Shown here: positions 8,883-17,498 of the stretch, one piece after another
Layout: every line of letters starts with the position of its first letter
Numbering within the stretch: position 1 is the stretch's first letter
Origin: Candidatus Blochmanniella floridana
GTDB taxonomy: Bacteria > Pseudomonadota > Gammaproteobacteria > Enterobacterales > Enterobacteriaceae
Assembly (NCBI GenBank): GCA_000043285.1
Contig: BX248583.1
Coordinates: forward strand, 510,001 to 542,000
Reading direction: 5' to 3'
DNA length: 32,000 nt
Notes under the pieces: model-generated
The model's input: only the letters and a program-made list of their open reading frames with translations
The model's database searches: none
What the model was told of the DNA's origin: nothing
Program-made: the position numbers and the translations under genes

Positions 8883-10520
8883 ATGCCAAATAAAAAAATT
8901 TTAGTTACTTGTGCATTACCATATGCCAATGGTCCTTTACATATAGGACATATGCTAGAACACATACAAGCAGATATTTGGGTACGTTATCAACGTATGA
9001 AAAATAATGAAGTATATTTCATTTGCGCCGATGATGCTCATGGAACAGCTATTATGTTAAAATCAAAACAACTAAATATAAATCCAGAAATAATGATTGC
9101 AAAAATACAACAAGAACATTATCAAGATTGTTGCGATTTTAATATTAGTTACAATAATTATCATTCTACACATAGCGAAGAAAATTATGAACTATTAAAT
9201 AGTATTTATACTAAATTAAAAAAATCGGGATTTATTAAATCAAGATTCATTTCTCAATTATATGATGCTCAAAACAACATATTTTTACCCGATCGTTTCA
9301 TAATAGGAACTTGTCCAAAATGTAGAGCACACAATCAGAATGGAGACAACTGTGACCAATGCGGAGCAATTTATACTCCTCTAGATCTAATAAATCCTAA
9401 ATCAGCCATTTCTGGAAAATCTCCAATAATAAAAAAATCTAAACATTTATTTTTTGATCTACCACAGTTTACTAAATCTTTATATACATGGATACATTCA
9501 GGGGTCTTACAAGAAGAAACTCTTCACAAAGTTAAAGAATGGTTTAAATTAGGTTTAAAAGAATGGGATATCTCTAGAAATGAGCCATATTTTGGTTTTA
9601 AAATTCCAAATACTTCATCAAAATATTTTTATGTATGGATGGATGCTCCAATAGGATATATGGGAACTTTTAAAAATCTGTGCAAAAAAAACAAAAATAT
9701 ACTTTTCGAAGATTTTTGGAGTATAAACTCCAAAGTAGAATTATATCATTTTATAGGAAAAGATATTACTTATTTTCATAGTTTGTTTTGGCCAGCAATC
9801 TTAGAAAGTTGCCAATATAGAAAACCTACAGGAATATTCGTTCATGGTCATGTTACTTTAAACGGATCCAAAATATCTAAATCTAAAAATAATTTTATTA
9901 ATGTTCGAACATATTTATCACATTTAAATTCAGACTACTTAAGATATTATTACGCCACAAAATTATCATCTAAAATTAATGACATCGATTTAAATTTTAA
10001 TGATTTCATGCTTAAAGTTAATGCAGATATTATTAATAAAATATTAAACCTTGCATCCAGAAATTCAAATTTTATAACTCAATATAATTATGGATATTTA
10101 TCTAATTCATTAGAAAATTCAAATTTATATGATTTTTTTATTGATGCTCAATATTTAATTGGAAAATTATTTCAACAACGTGAATTTAGTGAAGCAATGC
10201 GTAAAATTATGCAATTAGCAGATAAAGCAAATCAATATATTGACAAACAGGCTCCTTGGCATATTGTTAAACAACATGGTATTCATAATAAAAATATAGC
10301 GCTATGTATTTTTTCTATGGGAATTCAATTATTTAGAGTATTAGTAATTTATTTAAAACCTGTTTTACCTATATTATCCCAATATAGCGAAAAATTCCTC
10401 AATACTCGATTATCTTGGAATAATATCAATATACCGTTAACTAATCATAAAATCAATAAATTCGATATTATATTCCATCGTATAAATACTAATCAAATCT
10501 CATCTATAATAAATAAATAA
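8883..10520 (+). CDS. metG: methionyl-tRNA synthetase, short (core-only) form lacking the C-terminal tRNA-binding/dimerisation domain
   Basis: ALPYANGPLHIGHMLEH (HIGH motif), zinc knuckle CPKC..(9)..CDQCG, and GSKISKSK (KMSKS motif). Collinear with E. coli MetG up to about residue 550, then a stop (545 aa versus 677 aa). Confidence 0.96.
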   Translation: MPNKKILVTCALPYANGPLHIGHMLEHIQADIWVRYQRMKNNEVYFICADDAHGTAIMLKSKQLNINPEIMIAKIQQEHYQDCCDFNISYNNYHSTHSEENYELLNSIYTKLKKSGFIKSRFISQLYDAQNNIFLPDRFIIGTCPKCRAHNQNGDNCDQCGAIYTPLDLINPKSAISGKSPIIKKSKHLFFDLPQFTKSLYTWIHSGVLQEETLHKVKEWFKLGLKEWDISRNEPYFGFKIPNTSSKYFYVWMDAPIGYMGTFKNLCKKNKNILFEDFWSINSKVELYHFIGKDITYFHSLFWPAILESCQYRKPTGIFVHGHVTLNGSKISKSKNNFINVRTYLSHLNSDYLRYYYATKLSSKINDIDLNFNDFMLKVNADIINKILNLASRNSNFITQYNYGYLSNSLENSNLYDFFIDAQYLIGKLFQQREFSEAMRKIMQLADKANQYIDKQAPWHIVKQHGIHNKNIALCIFSMGIQLFRVLVIYLKPVLPILSQYSEKFLNTRLSWNNINIPLTNHKINKFDIIFHRINTNQISSIINK

Positions 10521-10674
10521 ATATTAAACATATCCTCTAATTAGATATAAACTCATTTTTATTTCTATTTAATAATATTAAACAATATCTAATTTTATAA
10601 TACAATAATTATAATTTTTATTTAATCAATTTAACGATATATTCTATCATATAATGACACATACCACATTATAA

Positions 10675-11340
10675 CTAACTATTACAATATGTGATAGTAT
10701 GTAAAAATTCCTTTCGAATACTCTTATTAGATTTAAATAACCCTCCTAATGCAGTAGTATTTGTAGTACTAGTCATATCATGTATACCTCTCGCTTTAAC
10801 ACAATAATGTACTGCATTAATAAAAATTGCCACATTATTAGTATTTAATAATGTTTGTAAAGCTAAAAAAATTTGCTGAGTTAGTCGTTCCTGTAACTGA
10901 GGTCTTTTAGAAAAAAATTCTACTATCTTATTAATTTTAGACAATCCAATAACACTTTTTCTAGGAATATATGACACTGTAGCTTTTCCATTAAATATGA
11001 TAAAATGATGCTCACATACACTAGTAATATTTATATTACGTACTGTAATCATTTCACTAATCTGCATTGTATTTGCAATAATTGTAATTTTTGGAAAATT
11101 TAAATAATCCAATCCAGAAAAAATTTCTTCTACATACATTTTTGCTACACGTTTTGGAGTATTCAATAAACTATCATGATTTAAATTTAATTTTAATAAA
11201 TGCATAATAGATATCATATGACTTTCAATACAATTCATGCGAATTTTATCATCTATATTCAAATCAATTATAGGATTTTCTAATCCTTGCAATAACAAAG
11301 CATTACGTACCAACAATGCTTCCTGCGTTAATGTAGACAT
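10675..11340 (-). CDS. folE: GTP cyclohydrolase I
   Basis: 221 aa versus 222 aa in E. coli. Blocks [50 protein letters not shown], and [10 protein letters not shown]. Confidence 0.96.
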
Positions 11341-11567
11341 ATATTATTCTCAACTTACACAAATACTTTTATACAAGAAATACTATCATAATTATCATTA
11401 CTTACTAGTATTACAGCATTTATTCAAAATAATCAATTAAACTACTAAATTATCAATATATATATAATACTTATTATTAACATACAATTAAATTTATTTA
11501 TAATAAAAATATATTTGTATATGGTAATAAATAAATTAGATATACATAGAATCTATGTTTAAATATA

Positions 11568-11576
11568 TGTTATAAT
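11568..11576 (+). promoter_or_regulatory. candidate extended -10 element (TGTTATAAT) for rplY
   Basis: TGnTATAAT match 41 nt upstream of the rplY ATG. No convincing -35. In DNA this AT-rich such matches arise by chance, so this is only a candidate. Confidence 0.3.
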
Positions 11577-11616
11577 GTAATGATATTAAAGAAATATTAT
11601 TCTGGTATATGAGTGT

Positions 11617-11928
11617 ATGTTGATCATTAAAGCTATACTACGTACAGAAATAAAGAAATCTATAACGCGTAAAATACGTAAAAATGGAGGGTGTCCAGCT
11701 GTTATATACAATAAAAATAAAAGTCCTAATATTAATGTTCAACTCAGTAATAAGGATCTTAGCCATCCTGAAAACGTACATTACTTTTTAAAAAATAATA
11801 AAGTTCAGATATTAATAAATAATGAATTCACTATAACAGCAAAAATACAAGATGTACAATACCATCCTTATAAATCCAACATAATTCATATTGATTTTAT
11901 ACATATAACAACACAATCACGCTCTTAG
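11617..11928 (+). CDS. rplY: 50S ribosomal protein L25
   Basis: 103 aa. Aligns with E. coli L25 (94 aa): R..RK....PA.IY near the N-terminus and IQDVQYHPYK....HIDF matching E. coli AQDVQRHPYKPKLQHIDF. Confidence 0.9.
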   Translation: MLIIKAILRTEIKKSITRKIRKNGGCPAVIYNKNKSPNINVQLSNKDLSHPENVHYFLKNNKVQILINNEFTITAKIQDVQYHPYKSNIIHIDFIHITTQSRS

Positions 11929-11960
11929 CACTAAAAACACAAAATCAAAAATTCTATGTA

Positions 11961-13025
11961 TTAATTATACTTATAATATCGATCTAAAGCCAACATAATT
12001 AATCTAGTTAATAATGTTGAAATATTTATTCCAGTTGCTTGCCACAATTTTAAATACATACTATCAGAAGTAAATCCAGGTAAAGTATTCACCTCATTAA
12101 TAATAATACGATCTTTTCCAAATAAAAATATATCTACACGAGCCATACCAAAACAATTTAAAATTTGAAATACACGAATAGCAATACTCCTAATTTTACT
12201 ACTTACTGATTTTTCAAGCACAGCAGGAATCACAATCTCTGAATTATGATCAACATACTTATCACAATATGTATAAAAATCATCATTTTTCTTTATTATT
12301 TCTCCACATACACTAGTTATAGGATTTTCATTATTACCTAATACCGCGCACTCTAATTCTCTTCCCGCTATACATGATTCTATGATAATTTTATGACTAT
12401 AAAAAAAAGCAATATCTAAAGCTGAATGAAAACTATAATCATCATTAACTTTAGCAACACCTATAGAAGAACCCTGATTCACAGGTTTCACAAAAAAAGG
12501 TAAACCAAACATATCTGCAAAATTTAAAAATTTTAATTTTTTCTTCTCATGAGCCAAAAATGTTCTAAATGGGGTAATTGATAATCCTGAATCACGTAAT
12601 AAACGTTTTGTAATATCTTTATCCATACAAATTGCTGATCCCAATACATCTGATCCAACATATGGTAAATTCATAAGACGTAATAAACCCTGTAAAGACC
12701 CATCTTCTCCTAGTGCCCCATGAATGATCGGAAAAATAACATCTAAACTTAATATATTATTAATATATTCGAAACATCGATTACCAGATGAAAACATCAA
12801 AATAGGCATACATTTATGTAAATTCTCTTTATTTACAAAAAAATCAATATGCATATCATCATTTTCAACAATATACCAATCTCCCTGTTTACTTATCCAT
12901 AAAACTACCACTTCAAAAAAGCGTTTATTTATATACTTCATAATATAAATTGCTGATTTCAATGATACTTCATGTTCCAAAGAACATCCTCCACAAACCA
13001 AACCAACACGTAATTTACTTTTCAT
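11961..13025 (-). CDS. ddlA: D-alanine--D-alanine ligase A
   Basis: 354 aa. Clearly the DdlA paralogue rather than DdlB: KLRVG.V.GG.S.EHEVSL.SA, D.IFPI.HG.LGEDGSLQG.LR..NLP.VGSDVL.SA.CMDKD.TKRLLRD.GL, LP.FVKP.NQGSS.GV.KV, GMARVD.FL and INE.NTLPGFT..SMY.KLWQA.G. Confidence 0.93.
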   Translation of the reverse strand: MKSKLRVGLVCGGCSLEHEVSLKSAIYIMKYINKRFFEVVVLWISKQGDWYIVENDDMHIDFFVNKENLHKCMPILMFSSGNRCFEYINNILSLDVIFPIIHGALGEDGSLQGLLRLMNLPYVGSDVLGSAICMDKDITKRLLRDSGLSITPFRTFLAHEKKKLKFLNFADMFGLPFFVKPVNQGSSIGVAKVNDDYSFHSALDIAFFYSHKIIIESCIAGRELECAVLGNNENPITSVCGEIIKKNDDFYTYCDKYVDHNSEIVIPAVLEKSVSSKIRSIAIRVFQILNCFGMARVDIFLFGKDRIIINEVNTLPGFTSDSMYLKLWQATGINISTLLTRLIMLALDRYYKYN

Positions 13026-13073
13026 AGATATTATTTTTCATTCTATATTACTGTAACTATATTATTACCCTAT

Positions 13074-13119
13074 AAAAAAAGAAAATCGAATTATAAAATA
13101 ATTCGATTTTCTTTTTTTT
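13074..13119 (-). terminator. intrinsic terminator of the porin gene: 45-nt perfect palindrome (21-bp arms, 3-nt loop) with an A7 run on one side and a T8 run on the other
   Basis: AAAAAAAGAAAATCGAATTAT-aaa-ATAATTCGATTTTCTTTTTTT, read directly. On the - strand it gives the stem GAAAAUCGAAUUAU/AUAAUUCGAUUUUC followed by U7, starting 21 nt after the porin stop codon. Confidence 0.8.
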
Positions 13120-13139
13120 GTATAACATTAATACTATTA

Positions 13140-14270
13140 TTAAAATAAATAAGATACACCTAACGCAATCATATTATCAGTATTAATCTGAGCAACTGTA
13201 GTAAAATCAGTTTTATGCAATAAGTTTATCCGATAATCAACAGTGGCAGATAACTGTTTACTTAATAAATAACTGCTGCTGATTGTAACACATTTTTTCA
13301 AATAATTACCGTACCCATTTTCTACATCACTAGCTTTAGAATGTAAATATGAAACTAAGGAAGAGAAACCACAATCGAATTTATATTGAGCTACTATTGC
13401 CACATTCCTTGCTTTATTAACAAAACCAAAAATAATTTCTGAATTCAAAACATCGTCAAAATTACCAAATGGCATTAAATTATATGATTCTCCATAAACA
13501 GCAGCCAAATAAGCTCCATATGCATCATACTTTACCCCCATAGAATACGCCTCAGCAAGATCTGAAGTATAAGCTCCATCTAAACTTTTCTGATCAACAG
13601 TACGAACACAATTAATGTAAGCTGCAGATGCTGATAAACCACTATTTCCTAATGCATACGAAGCAGAAACTCCATATCCTGATCCATTTTCTGTCTTCAC
13701 AGTACGTCCAGTATCTGAACTACCATCATTTTTACCTTGATACTGTACAGCAAAATTAAATCCATCTAACAACCCAAAAAAATTAATATTACGATAAGTA
13801 ACAACATTTGATGCCCGATTAGTCAAAAAATTATCTGGAATCGACATATCTCCTCCAAATTCCGGCATCAAATCCACCCACGAATCTACATCATATAAAA
13901 CACCATAATTTCTTCCATAATCAATACTACCAAAATCCCCTAACTTTATTCCTATGTAACCTAATATAGGATAAGCTATATTTTTTAAATTAACTCCACT
14001 TTCAGTATTTTTTAAATTAAATTCCTGTTCCCATACACCAAATCCAACAATTTTATCTGTAATATATGTTTTACCAATAAGACCATATTTCATTGACATA
14101 TGATTATCACTATTGGTTTTATTTTCAACAAAAATCTGTCCTTCCGTAATATTTCCATATATTCTTAATGTATTATTATTATTTTCTTTATAAAACTCAG
14201 CAGCACCCGCAGTGCTTATCGCTATAATAACCATAGTTACAACCAGGCTAGTAAAATACCGTAATTTCAT
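13140..14270 (-). CDS. ompC: outer-membrane general porin, OmpC/OmpF family (closest to OmpC by motif and by map position)
   Basis: Signal peptide ending AGA/AEFY. GSIDYGRNYGVLYDVDSW.DLMPEFGGD (L3 eyelet), FFGL.DG.NFAVQYQGKN, VAQYKFD.G, VDYRINLL....F......INTDN..ALGVSYLF with a terminal Phe. Strong SD (GAGGTG) 5 nt upstream of the ATG. The ompC assignment rests on OmpC-specific residues (YDV.SW, QYQGKN, INLL) and on synteny; an annotation may call it ompF-like. Confidence 0.9.
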   Translation of the reverse strand: MKLRYFTSLVVTMVIIAISTAGAAEFYKENNNNTLRIYGNITEGQIFVENKTNSDNHMSMKYGLIGKTYITDKIVGFGVWEQEFNLKNTESGVNLKNIAYPILGYIGIKLGDFGSIDYGRNYGVLYDVDSWVDLMPEFGGDMSIPDNFLTNRASNVVTYRNINFFGLLDGFNFAVQYQGKNDGSSDTGRTVKTENGSGYGVSASYALGNSGLSASAAYINCVRTVDQKSLDGAYTSDLAEAYSMGVKYDAYGAYLAAVYGESYNLMPFGNFDDVLNSEIIFGFVNKARNVAIVAQYKFDCGFSSLVSYLHSKASDVENGYGNYLKKCVTISSSYLLSKQLSATVDYRINLLHKTDFTTVAQINTDNMIALGVSYLF

Positions 14271-14301
14271 ATCAACACCTCACCATAGAGTACTCAAGAA
14301 C

Positions 14302-14328
14302 ATTATGAATAGTTTAATGTTTTAACAA
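14302..14328 (-). promoter_or_regulatory. candidate sigma70 promoter of the porin gene (-35 TTGTTA, 15-nt spacer, -10 CATAAT on the - strand)
   Basis: Pattern read on the - strand 32-58 nt upstream of the porin ATG. The spacer is short and the background is AT-rich, so confidence is low. Confidence 0.25.
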
Positions 14329-14525
14329 AAAATTAAATTAATTTTTGTTTAATTACCTATATTAAAATATAGACCACTCTTCACTATCGTACTAAATAAG
14401 CCTAATTTTTTCAAGAGCACTAATTATATTAAATAATAACACCCTGAAAAAACATACAAATAACTCTCTACATAAATTTACATCATGTAAAAATCATACA
14501 AACTAAATAACCAATTCCCTCAATA

Positions 14526-14545
14526 CTATCACTGATAGTCTATCA
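14526..14545. repeat. three abutting copies of one hexamer: CTATCA-c-TGATAG-t-CTATCA (two overlapping perfect palindromes)
   Basis: Read directly. ACTATCAcTGATAGT (14525-14539) and TGATAGtCTATCA (14533-14545) are each perfect palindromes about a single central base. Located in the 433-bp porin-gyrA spacer, 256-275 nt upstream of the porin ATG. Confidence 0.9.
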
Positions 14546-14703
14546 TATTAACAATATTATTTTCATTAAAAATTAAATTATTCTATATACAAAATAATAA
14601 ATACTCAATATATTACTCATAACTTAACCATACATATACCGATATAATTAACATATTTATACTTATACAATAAAATCTATAAAAAATTTCAATTAATATA
14701 TTT

Positions 14704-17292
14704 TCATCCAGTGATATTCATATTGTTAAAATCTTTAGAATAACGCTTTTTTTCAATTTCTACCGATTCAACTACTCGTTGTAACCCAACTACATGTTCA
14801 TCACATGCAGTACGAATCAGCATCACACCTTGAGTATTACGTTTAATAATATTAACTTCAGACACACGTATACGAACTAACCTACCAGAATCAGTAACTA
14901 TCATTATTTGATCACCTTGATCAACTTGTACAGCTCCAACCACATTACCATTACGTTCTGTAACTTTAATAGAAATAACCCCTTGTATAGCACGCGATTT
15001 TAACGGATATTCTGATTGATTAGTACGTTTTCCAAATCCATTTTCAGTGACAGTTAAAATAGAACTTTGATCTTTAGGTATAATTAAGGATACTACTCGA
15101 TCTCCTTGTAATAAATGAACTCCTCGCACTCCTGATGCTGAACGACCCATACTACGTACCTGAGTTTCCTGGAATCTTACTACTTTTCCATAAGCAGTAA
15201 ACAACATAACTTCATTATCCCCATTAGTTATATCTGCCCCAATTAATTCATCACCATTATTCAAATTAAGCGCTATAATACCTACATTCCTCGGACGACT
15301 AAATTCCATCAATGCAGTTTTTTTTACGAAACCACTACTAGTTGCCATAAATACCTGATGTCCTGTTGTATAATTTTGCACAGGTAAAATAACAGTAATA
15401 CGTTCATTTGTATCTAACGGTAATAAATTAATAATTGGTCTTCCACGTGAACCTTTATTTGCTTTAGGTAATCGATATACCTTCATCCAATATATTCGTC
15501 CATAATTAGAAAATAATAAGACAGTATCATGAGTATTAGCTATTAACAATTGTGTTATGAAATCTTCTTCTTTAATACGAGTAGTTAACTTTCCCTTCCC
15601 GCCTCTTTTTTGCGCTTCATAATCAGTTAACGGCTGATATTTCACATAACCCTGATACGATAAAGTTACTACAACATCTCTTTGATTAATTAAATTCTCT
15701 AAATCAATATTAGAAACAATATTCTCACTAATTTCAGTACGACGAGGATCATTATACTCCTCTTTAATAGAAACTAATTCTTGACGTATTAACCCCATCA
15801 AAGATGACGGATTCTGTAAAACACAAATTAAATTTTCCATTTTTTTTAACACATTCTCATATTCTATTACTAATTTTTCATATTCTAAATGAGTTAATTT
15901 ATGTAAACGTAACTCCAAAATAGCTTGTGCTTGATTTTTAGTGAAATAATATCCACTATCTTTTTTAATATTACTCGCATCTAACCATCCAGAATGTAGT
16001 AAATCAACAGATATTTTTTTTCTCATATTAATTATATTATTTGATTCCCACAGTTTAGATGTTAACTCAGCATTAGCTTGTGTAATACTTTCAGTTTGTT
16101 GGATCAATGCAATTACAATGTCAATATTTGATAGAGCTACTATTAATCCTTCTAATACGTGTACTCGATTACTAGCTTTTTTTAATTCAAACATGATACG
16201 CCGTGTAATAATTGATCGACGATGACACACAAAAGCAGATAAAATATCTTTTAAAGACATAGTCTTAGGCTGACCATTATGTAAAGCAACCATATTAATC
16301 CCAAACGATATTTGCAAAGAAGTTAAAGAATACAAATTATTTAATACTATCTCACTAATGGCATCATGTTTAATATCGATAACAATCCTCATACCATCTT
16401 TATCAGATTCATCTCGCAAATTATATATTCCTTCAATTCGTTTTGTTTTAACTAATTCTGCAATTTTTTCTAATAATCTAGATTTATTAATCTGATAAGG
16501 AATTTCATATATTACTATGGACTCCCGACCTGTCTTAATATCAGTTTCTATTTCCGATCTAGCTCGAATATAAATTTTCCCACGACCAGTTTCATATGCT
16601 TCTTTCAAACCTCTATAATCATTAATAATAGCAGCAGAAGGAAAATCTGGGCCAGGAATATACTTCATTAAACTATCGATGGTAATATCTTCATTATCTA
16701 TAAAAGCAAGACAACCATTAATTACCTCAGTAAGATTATGTGGAGGAATATTTGTAGCCATACCCACAGCAATCCCAGACGAACCATTAATTAAAAGATT
16801 TGGAATTCTAGTAGGCAATATTTCAGGTATTTGTTCTGTACCATCATAATTAAGTTCATAATCTACTGTTTCTTTTTCTAAATCAAATAACAACTCATTC
16901 GCAATTTTCGACATACGTACTTCCGTATAACGCATTGCCGCTGCTGGATCACCATCTACCGATCCAAAATTTCCTTGACCATCAATTAATGCATAACGCA
17001 TTAAAAAAGGTTGAGCCATACGCACAATAGCTTCATATACTGCAACATCTCCATGAGGATGATATTTTCCTATAACATCACCTACTATTCTGGCAGATTT
17101 TTTATAACTTCTATTCCAACAATTTCCTAATACTTGCATAGCAAATAATATACGTCGATGTACAGGTTTCAATCCATCACGGACATCCGGCAACGCTCTA
17201 CCTACAATCACTGACATAGCATAATCTAAATAAGAACGTTTTAATTCCTCTTCTATATAAATTGGGGTGATTTCTTTAGCAAGATCATTCAT
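14704..17292 (-). CDS. gyrA: DNA gyrase subunit A
   Basis: 862 aa versus 875 aa in E. coli. Gapless alignment over the N-terminal region ([38 protein letters not shown]). Active-site AAAMRYTE (Tyr122) and the GyrA box QKRGGKG are present. AAGGA lies 9 nt upstream of the ATG. Confidence 0.98.
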   Translation of the reverse strand: MNDLAKEITPIYIEEELKRSYLDYAMSVIVGRALPDVRDGLKPVHRRILFAMQVLGNCWNRSYKKSARIVGDVIGKYHPHGDVAVYEAIVRMAQPFLMRYALIDGQGNFGSVDGDPAAAMRYTEVRMSKIANELLFDLEKETVDYELNYDGTEQIPEILPTRIPNLLINGSSGIAVGMATNIPPHNLTEVINGCLAFIDNEDITIDSLMKYIPGPDFPSAAIINDYRGLKEAYETGRGKIYIRARSEIETDIKTGRESIVIYEIPYQINKSRLLEKIAELVKTKRIEGIYNLRDESDKDGMRIVIDIKHDAISEIVLNNLYSLTSLQISFGINMVALHNGQPKTMSLKDILSAFVCHRRSIITRRIMFELKKASNRVHVLEGLIVALSNIDIVIALIQQTESITQANAELTSKLWESNNIINMRKKISVDLLHSGWLDASNIKKDSGYYFTKNQAQAILELRLHKLTHLEYEKLVIEYENVLKKMENLICVLQNPSSLMGLIRQELVSIKEEYNDPRRTEISENIVSNIDLENLINQRDVVVTLSYQGYVKYQPLTDYEAQKRGGKGKLTTRIKEEDFITQLLIANTHDTVLLFSNYGRIYWMKVYRLPKANKGSRGRPIINLLPLDTNERITVILPVQNYTTGHQVFMATSSGFVKKTALMEFSRPRNVGIIALNLNNGDELIGADITNGDNEVMLFTAYGKVVRFQETQVRSMGRSASGVRGVHLLQGDRVVSLIIPKDQSSILTVTENGFGKRTNQSEYPLKSRAIQGVISIKVTERNGNVVGAVQVDQGDQIMIVTDSGRLVRIRVSEVNIIKRNTQGVMLIRTACDEHVVGLQRVVESVEIEKKRYSKDFNNMNITG

Positions 17293-17498
17293 ACGCTTAT
17301 ATCCTTGATATTATATTACTAAATCATTTTAAAAAATTAAACACATCATTATATAATCATTCAATACTCAAATAATATATCAAGAATAGTAATTCCTATT
17401 AATAATAGATAAAAAATTCTATAAATAACAAACTATATCAATATATATTAGATAATAATAAATAAAATTATAAATACGTATATCAAAAGGATTTAATC

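Noticed and set aside
10520-10595. Imperfect roughly 22-nt direct repeat (ATATTAAACA.TATC..TAATT) occurring twice, about 53 bp apart, in the metG/folE spacer
   Set aside because: It needs several indels, is composed almost entirely of A/T, and has no associated structure. Expected by chance in about 15 % GC DNA.
11237-11440. 67-aa ORF overlapping the folE 5' end on the opposite strand and running into the spacer
   Set aside because: Mostly antisense to folE, low-complexity, with no SD. Spurious.
11929-11960. Expectation of a tRNA-Pro (proL) downstream of rplY, as on the E. coli map
   Set aside because: Only 32 nt separate the rplY and ddlA stops, too short for a tRNA. No cloverleaf-capable G/C-containing segment occurs in any spacer of the window.
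12724-12948. 74-aa ORF antisense to ddlA
   Set aside because: Embedded antisense in a conserved CDS. Spurious.
14525-14539. On the - strand, ACTATCAGTGATAGT contains the 13-nt core of the Tn10 tet operator (CTATCAGTGATAG)
   Set aside because: A striking match, but there is no tetR/tetA or any transposon context in the window. The flanks (TCC..AGA of tetO) do not match, and a reduced endosymbiont is unlikely to encode TetR. I kept it only as a palindrome/operator-like observation, not as a tet element.
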